Made by a program: the position numbers and the translations under genes. The notes beneath the pieces are model-generated. The model worked only from the letters and a program-made list of their open reading frames with translations, was not told the DNA's origin and made no database searches. A stretch of DNA of 62,572 nucleotides, counting the filler, from a bacterium (GTDB taxonomy: Bacteria; JBDRGX01), in assembly GCA_043817485.1 (NCBI GenBank). It is 11 parts of 11 records of this genome, joined end to end, with 100 filler letters (N's around TTAATTAATTAA, not from the genome) between each part and the next. Parts side by side here need not be neighbours in the genome. Positions count along the whole stretch, not along the records: positions 1 to 9,297 come from JBDRGX010000009.1; positions 9,398 to 11,542 come from JBDRGX010000010.1; 9 more parts are not named here. The stretch is one strand, 5' to 3'. Below are positions 1-11,138 of the stretch, one piece after another; position 1 is the stretch's first letter; each line of letters begins with the position of its first letter.

Positions 1-1596
1 TATACAATTAATTTTGTAATACTTAGTACTATTTTTATTCAAGTTATGCTTGTAATTTATCAAGCAATATTTTTATTAAATTCAAAAATTTATGGTACAC
101 TTTATAATAGTAATTTTTTAAGTTTATATTTATTAGTAGGTTTAATTATACTTGTAGCATTATTAAAATATAAAGATAAAAATAAATTAGATTATGTATT
201 TTTAAGTATAGGAATAATTTTAATTTATTTTGCTGTAATATTAACTAAATCTCGATCTGGTTTTATTTTTTTATTTTTTTTTACTATTTATTATTTATTG
301 CAATTTAAAGTCAATAAATGGAAAAAATTTTTTATTGTAATTGTTTGTTTAATTCCTTTAGTATTATTTTTTAAACATATTTTTGCAAAATTTTTTATTG
401 TATCTAATTTATCTGATCCTTTTGATTATACTCGGTTTAAAATTTGGAATAATGCTATTTCAATAATAAAAGATTATTGGTTAGTAGGTACAGGATTAGG
501 AACATATCAATATATAAGTTTTGGTTATATTTTTCCAGTAGAAGCAAGTATTAGTAAATTTGGATATTATGCTTCAACTGCTCATAATGAATTTTTACAA
601 TTAGGAGCAGAAACAGGTATTTTTAGTTTAATTATAGTATTAGGAGTTTTATGTTTTATTTTTTTTAAATTTAAAAACCTAAAAGATTCTTATGAAAATT
701 TTGTTGCAAAATTTGGATTAATACTTATTTTTTTATTTTCTCTTACTTCAAATATTTTATACATTCCTTTATTTAGTATTTTAACAATTTATTTTTTAAG
801 CATTGTTATGCAAAGCATTATCATGCAGAGCATTATCATGCAAAATTATTCTGTAAAAACAAATATTAAAAATAAAAGTTATTTATGGAAAATTATTTTA
901 ATTATTTTTCTTTTTGGATTAATTACAAAACCATTTTTATCTTATTTATATTTTAGTCAAGGAATAAAATATGAGCAAAAAGGAAAAATAGAAAAAGCAT
1001 ATAATAGTTATAAAAACGCAGCTAAAATAAATTTTGGATGTGCTGAAAATTATGAAGAATTAGGAGATTTTTGTTTTGATCAATATAAAATTACTTTGCA
1101 AAAAAAATGGGTAGAAAAATCATTAGATAATTATAATAAAGCTATAAAATTAAATTCTTTAAATCCAAATTATCATACAAAATTAGCAGATTTATTTTTT
1201 TATCTTTTTCAAAAAACAAATGAAAAAAAATATTTACAATATACCTTTTATGCTTATAAAAAAGCTATTAAAATTAATCCTTATAATGCTTTTTATTATT
1301 TTCATTTAGCAAATATTGATTGGTTATTTAATCAAAATAAAATTAGTTTTGTTCAAAATATTCAAAAAAGTATTGAACTTGAACCTAATTTTTTGGATGG
1401 ATATTATTATTTAGGAAATTTTTATGAAAAAGAAAATAATGATGAATTATCTTTAAAATATTATAAAAAAGGTTTATTGAAAAGAAAAAACATTAAATCA
1501 TTGCCTCGTAATGATTTTGAAGAAAAATTAATTTATAGAAAAGAACAAGATTTTATTGAAAAAATAAATTTATTAAAATTAAAAAAAAGAAAATAA
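1..1596 (+). CDS. O-antigen ligase-like (Wzy_C) membrane protein with C-terminal TPRs, 5' partial
   Basis: Multiple hydrophobic segments, T-SRSG motif, R..IW...GTGLG and AHNEFLQ...E-G motifs, TPR repeats after residue ~300; frame is open to the window edge. Confidence 0.85.
   Translation, partial: YTINFVILSTIFIQVMLVIYQAIFLLNSKIYGTLYNSNFLSLYLLVGLIILVALLKYKDKNKLDYVFLSIGIILIYFAVILTKSRSGFIFLFFFTIYYLLQFKVNKWKKFFIVIVCLIPLVLFFKHIFAKFFIVSNLSDPFDYTRFKIWNNAISIIKDYWLVGTGLGTYQYISFGYIFPVEASISKFGYYASTAHNEFLQLGAETGIFSLIIVLGVLCFIFFKFKNLKDSYENFVAKFGLILIFLFSLTSNILYIPLFSILTIYFLSIVMQSIIMQSIIMQNYSVKTNIKNKSYLWKIILIIFLFGLITKPFLSYLYFSQGIKYEQKGKIEKAYNSYKNAAKINFGCAENYEELGDFCFDQYKITLQKKWVEKSLDNYNKAIKLNSLNPNYHTKLADLFFYLFQKTNEKKYLQYTFYAYKKAIKINPYNAFYYFHLANIDWLFNQNKISFVQNIQKSIELEPNFLDGYYYLGNFYEKENNDELSLKYYKKGLLKRKNIKSLPRNDFEEKLIYRKEQDFIEKINLLKLKKRK
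799..843 (+). repeat. 15-bp in-frame tandem repeat x3 (SIVMQ/SIIMQ/SIIMQ)
   Basis: agcattgttatgcaa agcattatcatgcag agcattatcatgcaa. Confidence 0.9.
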
Positions 1597-1744
1597 TCTT
1601 GCCTAAAATTTAATAATGTAGTATTAAAACAAAACATTTTTTTTCGGCAAAAAAAGAAATATTATCAAATAGGTAGATACATTTTCTTATGTCGATTTAA
1701 CCCGAATATTTATTCGTGGTTTTATTAAAGGAGTGGAATGATAA

Positions 1745-2101
1745 TTGAAAACTTTAGCTCAACATCTTTTGATAGAACTTTTTGATTGTAATTATAATGC
1801 AATCAATGATGTGAAAAAAGTAGAAAAAGTAATGGTAGAAGCAGCTAATATAGCAAAAGCTACTATTGTTAAAGTAATGTTTCATAAATTTGAACCTTTA
1901 GGAGTTAGTGGTGTTGTTGTAATTGCAGAATCTCATTTTTCTATTCATACTTGGCCAGAATATAAATATGCTGCAGTTGATCTTTTTGGATGTGGAGAAA
2001 AAATACTTTTTGATAAAGCAATTGAATATATAATAAAAAATTTTAAACCCAAAAAAGTAACGCAATTAGAAGTTAAAAGAGGAATTATATTAAATGATTG
2101 A
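1745..2101 (+). CDS. speD: S-adenosylmethionine decarboxylase proenzyme
   Basis: GVSGVVVIAESHFSIHTWPE autocleavage motif; TTG start with AAGGAG RBS; directly upstream of speE. Confidence 0.93.
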   Translation: MKTLAQHLLIELFDCNYNAINDVKKVEKVMVEAANIAKATIVKVMFHKFEPLGVSGVVVIAESHFSIHTWPEYKYAAVDLFGCGEKILFDKAIEYIIKNFKPKKVTQLEVKRGIILND

Positions 2102-3005
2102 AAATAATTGGATTACAGAATATTTTACTTCTTATGAAGCACATATGCATAAAGTAAAAAAAGTTTTTTTAGATACTTCTACTAAATTTCAAAAAGTAGA
2201 AATGGTAGATACTTATTTTTTTGGAAAATGTTTATTTTTAGATGGAAAAATTCAATCTTCTATTCAAGATGAATTTATTTATCATGAATCACTTGTGCAT
2301 CCAGCAATGTTACTTCATCCTAATCCTAAAAAAGTTTTAATTCTTGGAGCTGGTGAAGGAGCTATAGCAAGAGAAATATTAAAATATAAATCTGTTGAAT
2401 CAGTTTTAATGTTAGATATAGACCAAGAATTAGTAGAAATTTGTAAAGAATATTTACCTGAAATGTCAAATGGTTCTTTTGATGATCCAAAAAGTAAAGT
2501 TATTTTTCAAGATGCTCGAAAATATTTAGAAGAAAATTCTGAAAAATTTGATTTAATAATTGGAGATCTTCCTGAACCTTTAGAAGGAGGACCTGCTTAT
2601 TTATTATATACTCAAGAATTTTATAAAAGTGTTTTTAATCGACTTGAAAAATTTGGAATTTTAGTTTTACAATCAGGACCTACTTCTTGTGTTCAATCTG
2701 AAATGTTTTCTATAGTATTAAATACCTTGAAAAGCGTTTTTCCTATAGTAAGAGGTTATGAATCTAATATTCCTTCATTTGATATGCCTTGGGGATTTGC
2801 TTTTGCTTCTTCTGAAATAGATCCAATTTCTATATCAAAAAAAGATTTACAAGAAAAAATACAAAATCATGGTTTAAATAAATTAAAATATTACGATGAA
2901 AATGTTCATTTTAAAATGTTCACCTTGCCTAAATATTTAAAAGAAAAAATAGATGAGCAAGTAAAAATTATTAAAGATGCAGATCCTTATTATTTGCCTG
3001 CATAG
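2094..3005 (+). CDS. speE: Polyamine aminopropyltransferase (spermidine synthase family)
   Basis: LDGKIQS, DEFIYHESLVHP, glycine-rich GAGEGA motif. Confidence 0.93.
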   Translation: MIENNWITEYFTSYEAHMHKVKKVFLDTSTKFQKVEMVDTYFFGKCLFLDGKIQSSIQDEFIYHESLVHPAMLLHPNPKKVLILGAGEGAIAREILKYKSVESVLMLDIDQELVEICKEYLPEMSNGSFDDPKSKVIFQDARKYLEENSEKFDLIIGDLPEPLEGGPAYLLYTQEFYKSVFNRLEKFGILVLQSGPTSCVQSEMFSIVLNTLKSVFPIVRGYESNIPSFDMPWGFAFASSEIDPISISKKDLQEKIQNHGLNKLKYYDENVHFKMFTLPKYLKEKIDEQVKIIKDADPYYLPA

Positions 3006-3023
3006 GAGATATTGTGAAAGTAA

Positions 3024-4475
3024 ATGACTCATCAAAAAAATTCTACTCCTTTATTTGATGCTTTAGAATCTTATATCAAATCTAATAAAGTTTCTTTTCA
3101 TACTCCAGGACATAAACATGGTAAATCAATCTTACCTAAATTTAAAAAATTAGTAAATGATTATTTTTGCAAAATGGATCTTTCTTCTTCTTGTCAAATT
3201 GAAATAGATACTCTTTATTATCCTTGTGGTCCTATTAAACATGCTCAATCTTTGGCTTCTAAAGCTTATGGTGCAGATATTTCTTTTTTTCTTATTAATG
3301 GAACCACAGTTGGAAATCAAACAATGATTTTATCAACTGTAATTTCTGATGAAGAAATTATTATTCCTCGTAATGCTCATAAATCAGTAATATCAGGCAT
3401 TATTTTAAGTGGTGCTATTCCTCATTATATTATTCCTGAAATAAATAAAGAAACAGGTTTAATTTATAATATTATTCCTTCATCTGTAGAAAAAGCTTTG
3501 CTTTTACATCCTAAAGCAAAAGCAGTTTTAGTAACAAGCCCTTCTTATTATGGAATTACAACAAATTTAAAAAAAATTGCTTCTATCGTTCATAAGCAAA
3601 AAAAATTATTATTAGTTGATGAAGCTCATGGCCCACATCTTAAATTTTCTTCTCTTTTACCTTTATCTGCATTAGAAAGTGGAGCTGATATTTGTGTTCA
3701 AAGTATTCATAAAATTATATCTGGATTATCTCAAGGATCTATTTTGCATATAAAGGGAAAAAGAGTAAATGTTGAAAAAGTAGAAAATTTTTTACAAATG
3801 ATGCAAACAACTAGTCCGTCTTATATTATTCTTGCTTCATTAGATTTAGCAAGATATCAAATGGCAAAAGAAGGTGAAAAAAAAATAAAGAAAGTAATTG
3901 AATTATCTTCTAAATTAAAAGAATCTATAAAAAAATTAGATTATTTTTATGTATTAGAAAAAAGTGATTTAGAGAAAGATTTTGATTTAGATTTGATGAA
4001 AGTAATGATTTTCATAAAAGACAATTTATTTTCTGGCTATTTTTTAGAAGATATTTTGAGAAAAGAATATAATATTCAAGTAGAATTGTCTACATATAAT
4101 AGTATTCTTTTATTTATTACTATTGGCAATGATGAAAAAGATATAAAAAAAATTATTGCTGCATTAAAAGATATTTCTCGTAAAAAAAAATTTCCTGAAA
4201 ATAAATTATTAAAGAAAAAAATTAATTTTAATTTATTTCCTTCTTTGAAAATGATTATGTCTCCAAGAGAAGCAGTTTTCAAACATTCTAAATTAGTTCC
4301 TTTAAAAAAATCAAAAGGAAATATTTGTGCAGAAATTATTTGTTTTTATCCACCGGGTATTCCAATTTTAATTCCTGGAGAACAAATTACTGATGAAATA
4401 ATAGATTATCTTGAATATTTTCGTTCATTTAATAATAATAATAATTCAAATTTTATAAAAGTAGTTGTAGAATAA
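3024..4475 (+). CDS. PLP-dependent Arg/Lys/Orn decarboxylase (AAT fold, Bacillus SpeA-like)
   Basis: FHTPGHK, PRNAHKS, VDEAHG, QSIHK, TTSPSY, YPPGIP motifs; in polyamine operon. Confidence 0.9.
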   Translation: MTHQKNSTPLFDALESYIKSNKVSFHTPGHKHGKSILPKFKKLVNDYFCKMDLSSSCQIEIDTLYYPCGPIKHAQSLASKAYGADISFFLINGTTVGNQTMILSTVISDEEIIIPRNAHKSVISGIILSGAIPHYIIPEINKETGLIYNIIPSSVEKALLLHPKAKAVLVTSPSYYGITTNLKKIASIVHKQKKLLLVDEAHGPHLKFSSLLPLSALESGADICVQSIHKIISGLSQGSILHIKGKRVNVEKVENFLQMMQTTSPSYIILASLDLARYQMAKEGEKKIKKVIELSSKLKESIKKLDYFYVLEKSDLEKDFDLDLMKVMIFIKDNLFSGYFLEDILRKEYNIQVELSTYNSILLFITIGNDEKDIKKIIAALKDISRKKKFPENKLLKKKINFNLFPSLKMIMSPREAVFKHSKLVPLKKSKGNICAEIICFYPPGIPILIPGEQITDEIIDYLEYFRSFNNNNNSNFIKVVVE

Positions 4476-4500
4476 AATTTTTTAAAAAAAGGAAAATATT

Positions 4501-5118
4501 TTGTTTTTAAAAAAATTAATTGTTGGAGAAATGGAAACTAATTGCTATATTTTAGGATGTGAAAAAACTAAAAAATCTGTAGTAATAGATCCTGGTGGAG
4601 ATTGCGAAAGAATTAAAAAAAATATTTTAAAAAATTCATTAGAAGTAGTTTATATTATAAACACACATGGACATATAGATCATATTGTTTGTAATAAAGA
4701 AATTAAAGACTTTACTGGTGCTCAAATTTTAATTCATTCTAAAGATGCTGATATGCTTTGTGATGAAAATTTGAATTTATCTATTTTTTTAAATAGTCCC
4801 TTAAAATCACCTTCAGCAGATAAATTGCTTAATAATAATGATTTCATAGAATTTGGAGAAATTATTTTAAAAGTAATTCATACACCTGGACATTCTTCAG
4901 GAAGTATTTCTCTTTCTATTTCTAATATGATTTTTACTGGAGATACTCTTTTTGCTAATGGTTTTGGCAGATATGATCTTCCAGGTTCTTCTTATCAAGA
5001 TTTAGTAAATTCTATTACTCAAAAATTATTTTGTTTTGAAGATGATATTATTATTTATCCAGGGCATGGAGAAAGTTCTTTTATTGGAAAAGAAAAGCAA
5101 AAAAAATATTTTGTTTAA
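4501..5118 (+). CDS. Metallo-beta-lactamase fold hydrolase (glyoxalase II family)
   Basis: THGHIDH, HTPGHS, FTGDTLF, YPGHG. Confidence 0.9.
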   Translation: MFLKKLIVGEMETNCYILGCEKTKKSVVIDPGGDCERIKKNILKNSLEVVYIINTHGHIDHIVCNKEIKDFTGAQILIHSKDADMLCDENLNLSIFLNSPLKSPSADKLLNNNDFIEFGEIILKVIHTPGHSSGSISLSISNMIFTGDTLFANGFGRYDLPGSSYQDLVNSITQKLFCFEDDIIIYPGHGESSFIGKEKQKKYFV

Positions 5119-5210
5119 ATTTTTTTTAAAAAAATTACTATTCTCTTGACAGTAATTTTTTTTATAATTAAATATTTTGAAATTTTGTATTTAAAATGGA
5201 GGATTTAAAA

Positions 5211-6323
5211 ATGGCAAAAGTAGTTTTAAAAGATTTAACAAAAGTTTTTCCCGGAAAACAACAAGTTAAAGCAGTTGATAATATAAGTTTAGAAATAAAA
5301 GATAAAGAATTTATAGTATTTGTAGGTCCTTCTGGATGTGGGAAAACTACTACTCTTCGTATGATTGCTGGATTAGAAGATATTTCAATGGGAAGTGTAT
5401 ATATTGATGATAAAATAGTTAATGAAGTACTTCCTAAAGATAGAGATATTTCAATGGTTTTTCAAAACTATGCTCTTTATCCGCATATGGATGTTTATAA
5501 AAATATGGCTTTTGGACTAATACTTCGTCATTATCATAAAATGGAAATTGATAAAAGAGTTAAAGAAGCAGCAGAAATTTTAAGCATTACTTCTCTTTTA
5601 AAAAGAAAACCACAAGCTCTTTCTGGTGGACAAAAACAAAGAGTAGCTGTAGGTCGAGCAATTGTACGAAAACCAAAAGTATTTTTATTTGATGAACCTT
5701 TAAGTAATTTAGATGCAAAATTAAGAGTTCAAATGAGATCAGAAATTAAAAGACTTCATACTCGTCTTCAAACAACAATGATTTATGTAACTCATGATCA
5801 AGTAGAAGCAATCACTATGGGAGATAGAATAGTAATAATGAAAGATGGATTAATTCAACAAGTAGATACTCCTATGTCTATTTATGATCATCCTATTAAT
5901 AAATTTACTGCTGGATTCATAGGAACTCCTTCAATGAATTTCATAGAAGGTACTATTATTAAAAAAGATTCTAAATTTTATTTTAATGAAGAAAATTTTC
6001 AATTGAAAATAAATGAAGATAAATATGATAAAATTCAAAAATATGAAGATAAAAAAATAATTTTAGGAATTAGACCTTATTATATTTATGATAGATTACT
6101 TGTAAATAATATTAATTCAGCAGATAATATTGTATCTGCAACAGTAAATGTAATAGAACTTTTAGGATCTGAAAAACATGTTTATTTTTCTACTTCAAAA
6201 AGCAATTTTATTGTAATAATGGATTCTCATATTGATTTATCAGTAAATCAAAATATAGAATTAATTTTTGATGTTAATAAAATTCATTTTTTTGATATAG
6301 ATACTGAAGAAACAATAATATAA
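5211..6323 (+). CDS. Carbohydrate ABC transporter ATP-binding protein (MalK/MsmX/UgpC family), orphan
   Basis: Walker A GPSGCGKT, LSGGQKQR, DEPLSNLD, TOBE tail; ATG 5211 follows GGAGG. Confidence 0.93.
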   Translation: MAKVVLKDLTKVFPGKQQVKAVDNISLEIKDKEFIVFVGPSGCGKTTTLRMIAGLEDISMGSVYIDDKIVNEVLPKDRDISMVFQNYALYPHMDVYKNMAFGLILRHYHKMEIDKRVKEAAEILSITSLLKRKPQALSGGQKQRVAVGRAIVRKPKVFLFDEPLSNLDAKLRVQMRSEIKRLHTRLQTTMIYVTHDQVEAITMGDRIVIMKDGLIQQVDTPMSIYDHPINKFTAGFIGTPSMNFIEGTIIKKDSKFYFNEENFQLKINEDKYDKIQKYEDKKIILGIRPYYIYDRLLVNNINSADNIVSATVNVIELLGSEKHVYFSTSKSNFIVIMDSHIDLSVNQNIELIFDVNKIHFFDIDTEETII

Positions 6324-6380
6324 TTTATTTTTTTAAATTTGATAAAACATAAGTTTATATTAATTTTAAAATTTTGAAAA

Positions 6381-6508
6381 TAATACTAAGTTGCATTTAA
6401 AATGATAATAAGACGGCAAGAAGGAGGCGACGAAATCGTATAAATAATACGTTGAAGGAGCCGACGACAAAGCCAACACAGTTAGCGTTTAAAGGCGACT
6501 TAGTATTA
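6381..6508. mobile_element. 128-bp MITE-like element, copy 1
   Basis: 21-bp terminal inverted repeat with 2 mismatches (taatactaagttgcatttaaa / tttaaaggcgacttagtatta); GC-richer than flanks; homolog at 52284-52437. Confidence 0.75.
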
Positions 6509-6519
6509 AAAGAAAACAG

Positions 6520-7128
6520 ATGAAATATAATAATCTAATTGTTGCTATTACTGGAGCTAGTGGAGCAATTTATGGCAAACGACTTGTAGAAGAATTAAAT
6601 ATTAAAAATTTTTTTGTTAATTTAATTATTTCACATCCAGCTGAATTAGTCATAAAAAATGAGTTGAAAATTAATTTAAAAAAATTATCTTTATCTCAAA
6701 AAATCCAATTTTTTTTTAATAAAAATATTAAAAATATAAAAATTTTTGATATTGATGATATTTCTTCTACTCTTGCAAGTGGTTCATTTTCACATCAAGG
6801 AATGATTATTGCTCCTTGTTCTTGTAAAACATTAGGTGCTATTGCGTCTGGAATATCTTTTAATCTTATTGAAAGAGCTGCTGATGTTTGCTTGAAACAA
6901 AAAAAACCCTTAATTTTACTTTTAAGAGAAACTCCTCTAAATCAAATTCATTTAAAAAATATGATGGTACTTAGTCAAGCTGGAGCAATAATTATGCCCG
7001 CATCACCAGCATTTTATCATTATCCTAAAACAATAGAAGATCAAATAAATTTTATTATTGGTAAAATATTAGATATTTTAAATATAGAAAATAATTTATA
7101 TAAAAAATGGAAAGAAAACGAATTTTAG
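6520..7128 (+). CDS. ubiX: Flavin prenyltransferase UbiX
   Basis: AITGASGAIYG, ASGS, APCS, RETP, PASPAFY. Confidence 0.93.
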   Translation: MKYNNLIVAITGASGAIYGKRLVEELNIKNFFVNLIISHPAELVIKNELKINLKKLSLSQKIQFFFNKNIKNIKIFDIDDISSTLASGSFSHQGMIIAPCSCKTLGAIASGISFNLIERAADVCLKQKKPLILLLRETPLNQIHLKNMMVLSQAGAIIMPASPAFYHYPKTIEDQINFIIGKILDILNIENNLYKKWKENEF

Positions 7129-8204
7129 ATTTTTTTTTAAATACTTCAATTAAAGATATTGCTTTAAAAATTTTAGATAATCAAAGAATAAATAAAAAAG
7201 AAATTATTAGACTTTATCAATCAAATAATCTTTTTCATCTTGGATTATTAGCAAATTTTATTAATAATAAAAAAAATAAAAATAAAGTTTATTTTAGAAA
7301 TAACTTAAATATTAATCATACAAATATATGTCAATTACGCTGTCCTATATGTGCTTTTTCTCGAGATGAAAAAGATGAAGATGCTTATTGTATGACTTTC
7401 GAGCAAATTCAAGAAATTATTATAAAAGGTGTTGAAAAGGGGATTTGTGAAGTTCATATTGTTGGAGGAATTACAGATAAATACGATATTAGTTTTTTTG
7501 AAAAATTATTTCAGTGGATAAAAAAATCTTTTCCTTTTTTACATATACAAGCATTAACAGCTGTAGAATATGATTATTTAAGCAAAAAATATAATATTAG
7601 TTTAGAAAAATTATTTAATATGCTAAAACAATCTGGATTAGATGGTATTCCTGGTGGTGGAGCAGAAATTTTTGATTTTTCTATAAGAAAAAAAATTACA
7701 CCTTTTAAAATTTCTGGTAAAAGATGGTTGGAAATAATAGAAATTGCTCATAGTTGTGGAATTAAAAGTAATGCTACTATGCTTTATGGGCATATAGAAA
7801 CATTTGAAAATAGAATAGATCATCTTTTATTATTAAGAAATTTACAGGATAAAACTTCTGGATTTATGGCATTTGTTCCTTTGGCTTTTCATAAAGAAAA
7901 TACTGAATTTGAAAATTTAGATATAAATCAAAGTGCTTTTGATGATCTTTTAACTATTGTAATGGCACGAATTATTTTAGATAATTTTGATCATATAAAA
8001 ATACTTCCTAATTATTTTGAAAAGCGTTTTATGTCAATAATGCTTAATTTTGGAGTAAGTGATATAGGTGCTACTTCTTTAAATGAAAAAATTGTAAAAT
8101 CAGCTAATGGAAAAAATTGGCAAATGACAAAAGAAGATTTTGTTTCTTTAATTAAAGATAGTGGAAAAATTCCTATAGAAATTAATAGCAGTTATATTTT
8201 ATAA
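7107..8204 (+). CDS. mqnE: CofH/MqnE-family radical SAM protein, likely aminofutalosine synthase
   Basis: CxxxCxxC, PGGGAEIF, SNATMLYGHIE, LRNLQD..GFMAFVPL; adjacent to ubiX. Confidence 0.78.
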   Translation: MERKRILDFFLNTSIKDIALKILDNQRINKKEIIRLYQSNNLFHLGLLANFINNKKNKNKVYFRNNLNINHTNICQLRCPICAFSRDEKDEDAYCMTFEQIQEIIIKGVEKGICEVHIVGGITDKYDISFFEKLFQWIKKSFPFLHIQALTAVEYDYLSKKYNISLEKLFNMLKQSGLDGIPGGGAEIFDFSIRKKITPFKISGKRWLEIIEIAHSCGIKSNATMLYGHIETFENRIDHLLLLRNLQDKTSGFMAFVPLAFHKENTEFENLDINQSAFDDLLTIVMARIILDNFDHIKILPNYFEKRFMSIMLNFGVSDIGATSLNEKIVKSANGKNWQMTKEDFVSLIKDSGKIPIEINSSYIL

Positions 8205-8279
8205 GTTTAATATATAATAAATTGTTGATGAATTAATATATCAATAATTTTTGGTAATTGCAATTTTATGAGGTAATTT

Positions 8280-9297
8280 TTGATTAACAGAAAAGATTTA
8301 TTTAAAAATGTAAAAAAAATAGTAATTAAAATAGGTACTTCCCTTATTACTACTTCTAATTGTATTTTTAATGAAAAATATTTAGAAAATATTTCTTCTC
8401 AAATTACTAAAATTATATCTTCTGAAAAAGAGGTAATTTTAGTAACTTCTGGTGCAGTTGGATCTGGTTTATTAAAATTAAATATAAAACATAAACCTAA
8501 AAATATTCCAGTTATTCAAGCAATTGCAGCAGTTGGACAAACACAATTAATGAATATTTATGAAAAATTTTTTAAAGAACAAGGATTAATTGTAGGTCAG
8601 GTATTATTAACTTCTGAAGATTTTACAAATAGAACTCGATATTTGAATGCAATGAATACTATTTTTTCACTTTTAAAATTAAAAGTTATACCTATAATCA
8701 ATGAAAATGATGCTGTAGCAATTGATGAAATTAAATTTGGAGATAATGATAATCTTTCAGCTCAAGTTGCTAATTTAATTGAAGCAGATCTTCTTGTAAT
8801 TTTAACAGATGTTGATGGTTTGTATGATAATAATCCTCATAAATCTAAAAATGTTCAAATAATTAAAGAAGTAAAAAAAATTGATGATGAAATAAAATCT
8901 TTTGCTGGAGGATCTCATTCTTTAACTGGCAAAGGAGGAATGATTACTAAATTACAAGCAGCTAAAATTGTTACTGAATCTGGAATTGCAATGATTATTG
9001 CTAATGGACAAGAAGAAAATATTATTCTGAAAATTTTATCGGGAGAAAAAAAGGGAACATTGTTTTTACCAAAAGAAGATAAATTAACTTCTCGAAAAAA
9101 ATGGATTGCTTTCACACTTCCTTCTCAAGGAAAACTTCTTATAGATAAAGGAGCAGAAAAAGCAATAAAAAATGAAGGAAAAAGTCTTCTTTCAAGTGGA
9201 ATTATAGATATACAAGGAACTTTTTTTATTGGAGAAAAAGTTGATATTGCTGATTCTTTTGGAAAAAGTTTTGGATGTGGTATAGTAAATTATAACC
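8280..9297 (+). CDS. proB: Glutamate 5-kinase, 3' truncated by contig end
   Basis: KIGTS, AAVGQ, INEND, FGDNDNLS, GGMITK, PUA domain. Confidence 0.95.
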
Positions 9298-9397
9298 NNN
9301 NNNNNNNNNNNNNNNNNNNNNNNNNNNNNNNNNNNNNNNNNTTAATTAATTAANNNNNNNNNNNNNNNNNNNNNNNNNNNNNNNNNNNNNNNNNNNN
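9298..9397. other. Artificial contig linker (first of ten)
   Basis: N44-TTAATTAATTAA-N44, stop codons in all six frames; recurs at 11543, 20522, 24709, 28127, 32823, 37667, 47134, 51134, 57761. Confidence 0.99.
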
Positions 9398-10257
9398 AGA
9401 AAAAATAAAACTATTATTACAAAGATTGTTGTAGGAAAAATAAAATGTTCCTTGTTTAGTTCTTTTCTCACATTATAAAGGTATAATGGAACTAATAAAA
9501 TCAAAAACAATGCATACTCAATTCTGATAAACATACTGATAGAAAATAAGGAAATTGCTAAAAGATGCGTTTTTAAATCCTTATTTCTAAAATATAATAT
9601 GAAAAAAATCATTGACAATGACAGAAAAATAATTGCGGGGTTCATATTTTCAACATGTGAAGATAAATATAGATTTAATTTATCAAATGATAATACTAAT
9701 GCTGAAAACAAAGCCGCTCTTTCACTATTAAAAATTAGATAGCTTAAATAAAAGATTATTACAACTAAAAAACTTGAAATTATTGCAGTAAAATACATCG
9801 CATAATAATTGTTGATTCCAAACGTTAGAAAATTAATTGCAAGAATTGTTGGATAACCTGTAGATTTGATTAATGAGCAGACTTCTTCGCCATTTGTTGA
9901 ATAGGAACAAGTTTCTGCTTTTCCCTGCGTTAAGAAGTTTTTCCCTTGTTCCATAAGCCAATAATCATCAGGAGTGAATAAATGGTAGTGAGGCATGAAA
10001 AAAAGTCTGAGAGATAATGCTAAAAAAAAGATTAGAATAAGAACAGTTCTTGTGATTTTTCTTATCTTGAAGTAGTTTTTCACTTTAATTAATGAATTTG
10101 TTAATAGACCAAAAATTGTTAGCAGTAAAATAACCAGAATTATAGAATAAATAATAGTCATATTTGTTTGTAGAAACTCAACATTTATTTTTAAAGCAAT
10201 AAAAATAATCAAAATTGTTACTAATACAAATCTAAACTTATTCAAATGAGTCTTCAT
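9398..10257 (-). CDS. ArnT/GT39-like (GT-C fold) membrane glycosyltransferase, 3' truncated
   Basis: Many TM helices, LRL...PDD acidic loop, GYP motif, ALFSA..LSF pattern. Confidence 0.7.
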
Positions 10258-10389
10258 ATGTTTTATCTTAATAAATATTTTTTTTAAATATTTAATGTTT
10301 TTATTGGAAAGATCAGCAATTTAGTGCCGGAGAAACAATGAATGCTCCGCTATTTTTTGTGGATATTTAATTATATCTTTATTATTTTG

Positions 10390-11103
10390 TTATGGTTTGG
10401 TTGTTGTTTTTTGAGCAATTAATAATAATTGTGAACCAATAGGTAGTTTTAGTTTTTTCTGAATACAAATATTTTCGATTTGTAAAACTTTATAAACAAG
10501 AAAATTAAGAATTTTTGATTTATGAAATAGTGGTTTAATATTGCTTTTTTTAATTATTCTTTTACTTAAATAAATAAATGGGTATAAAAAAAAAAGATGA
10601 TAGCCCAAATATTTTATTTTTAAATCAGCGAACTCAGATATCATTCTTTGTTTTGTATATCTTCGATAATGACCAAATTGTTTATCTCTATCTGTGAATA
10701 ATTTTTGATTTGCAGGAACATATACTATTAGCAAACCATTTTTTTTAAGGATATTTTTCATTGATGAAATTGCTCTTCTTGGTTTTTTTATGTGTTCTAG
10801 TACATCAGTTATTATGACAACATCAAATTTTTGGTTCATGTTTGATACTTGCTCGATTTTTTTATGGATAAGTTTTATTTTTTTGTTATTGTTTATTCTT
10901 TTGCACAGATTTAAAGTATTTTTATTTTTATCAAGCAAGGTTATTTCTTTGTTCCTTAAATATGACGGGATTTTTATCACACCACTACCAACAAAAATGA
11001 TTTTTTTGAAATTCTTTGGAATGACTCTTCTTATTAAATCTTCTTTTAGTTTGAAGTACCAGAAATCTTCTGTAAGGCCGTGTTTATAGTCAATTAGATC
11101 CAT
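10390..11103 (-). CDS. Class I SAM-dependent methyltransferase (glycosylation-cluster type)
   Basis: VGSG, FDVV..DVLEH, VPA...D..FGHYRRY. Confidence 0.85.
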   Translation of the reverse strand: MDLIDYKHGLTEDFWYFKLKEDLIRRVIPKNFKKIIFVGSGVIKIPSYLRNKEITLLDKNKNTLNLCKRINNNKKIKLIHKKIEQVSNMNQKFDVVIITDVLEHIKKPRRAISSMKNILKKNGLLIVYVPANQKLFTDRDKQFGHYRRYTKQRMISEFADLKIKYLGYHLFFLYPFIYLSKRIIKKSNIKPLFHKSKILNFLVYKVLQIENICIQKKLKLPIGSQLLLIAQKTTTKP

Positions 11104-11138
11104 TTTTTAGCATTTGTTTTATTAATTTTACTATTTCT

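Noticed and set aside
9342..9353. Recurring TTAATTAATTAA motif and ORFs ending in X...LIN
   Set aside because: Artificial scaffold linker, not biological
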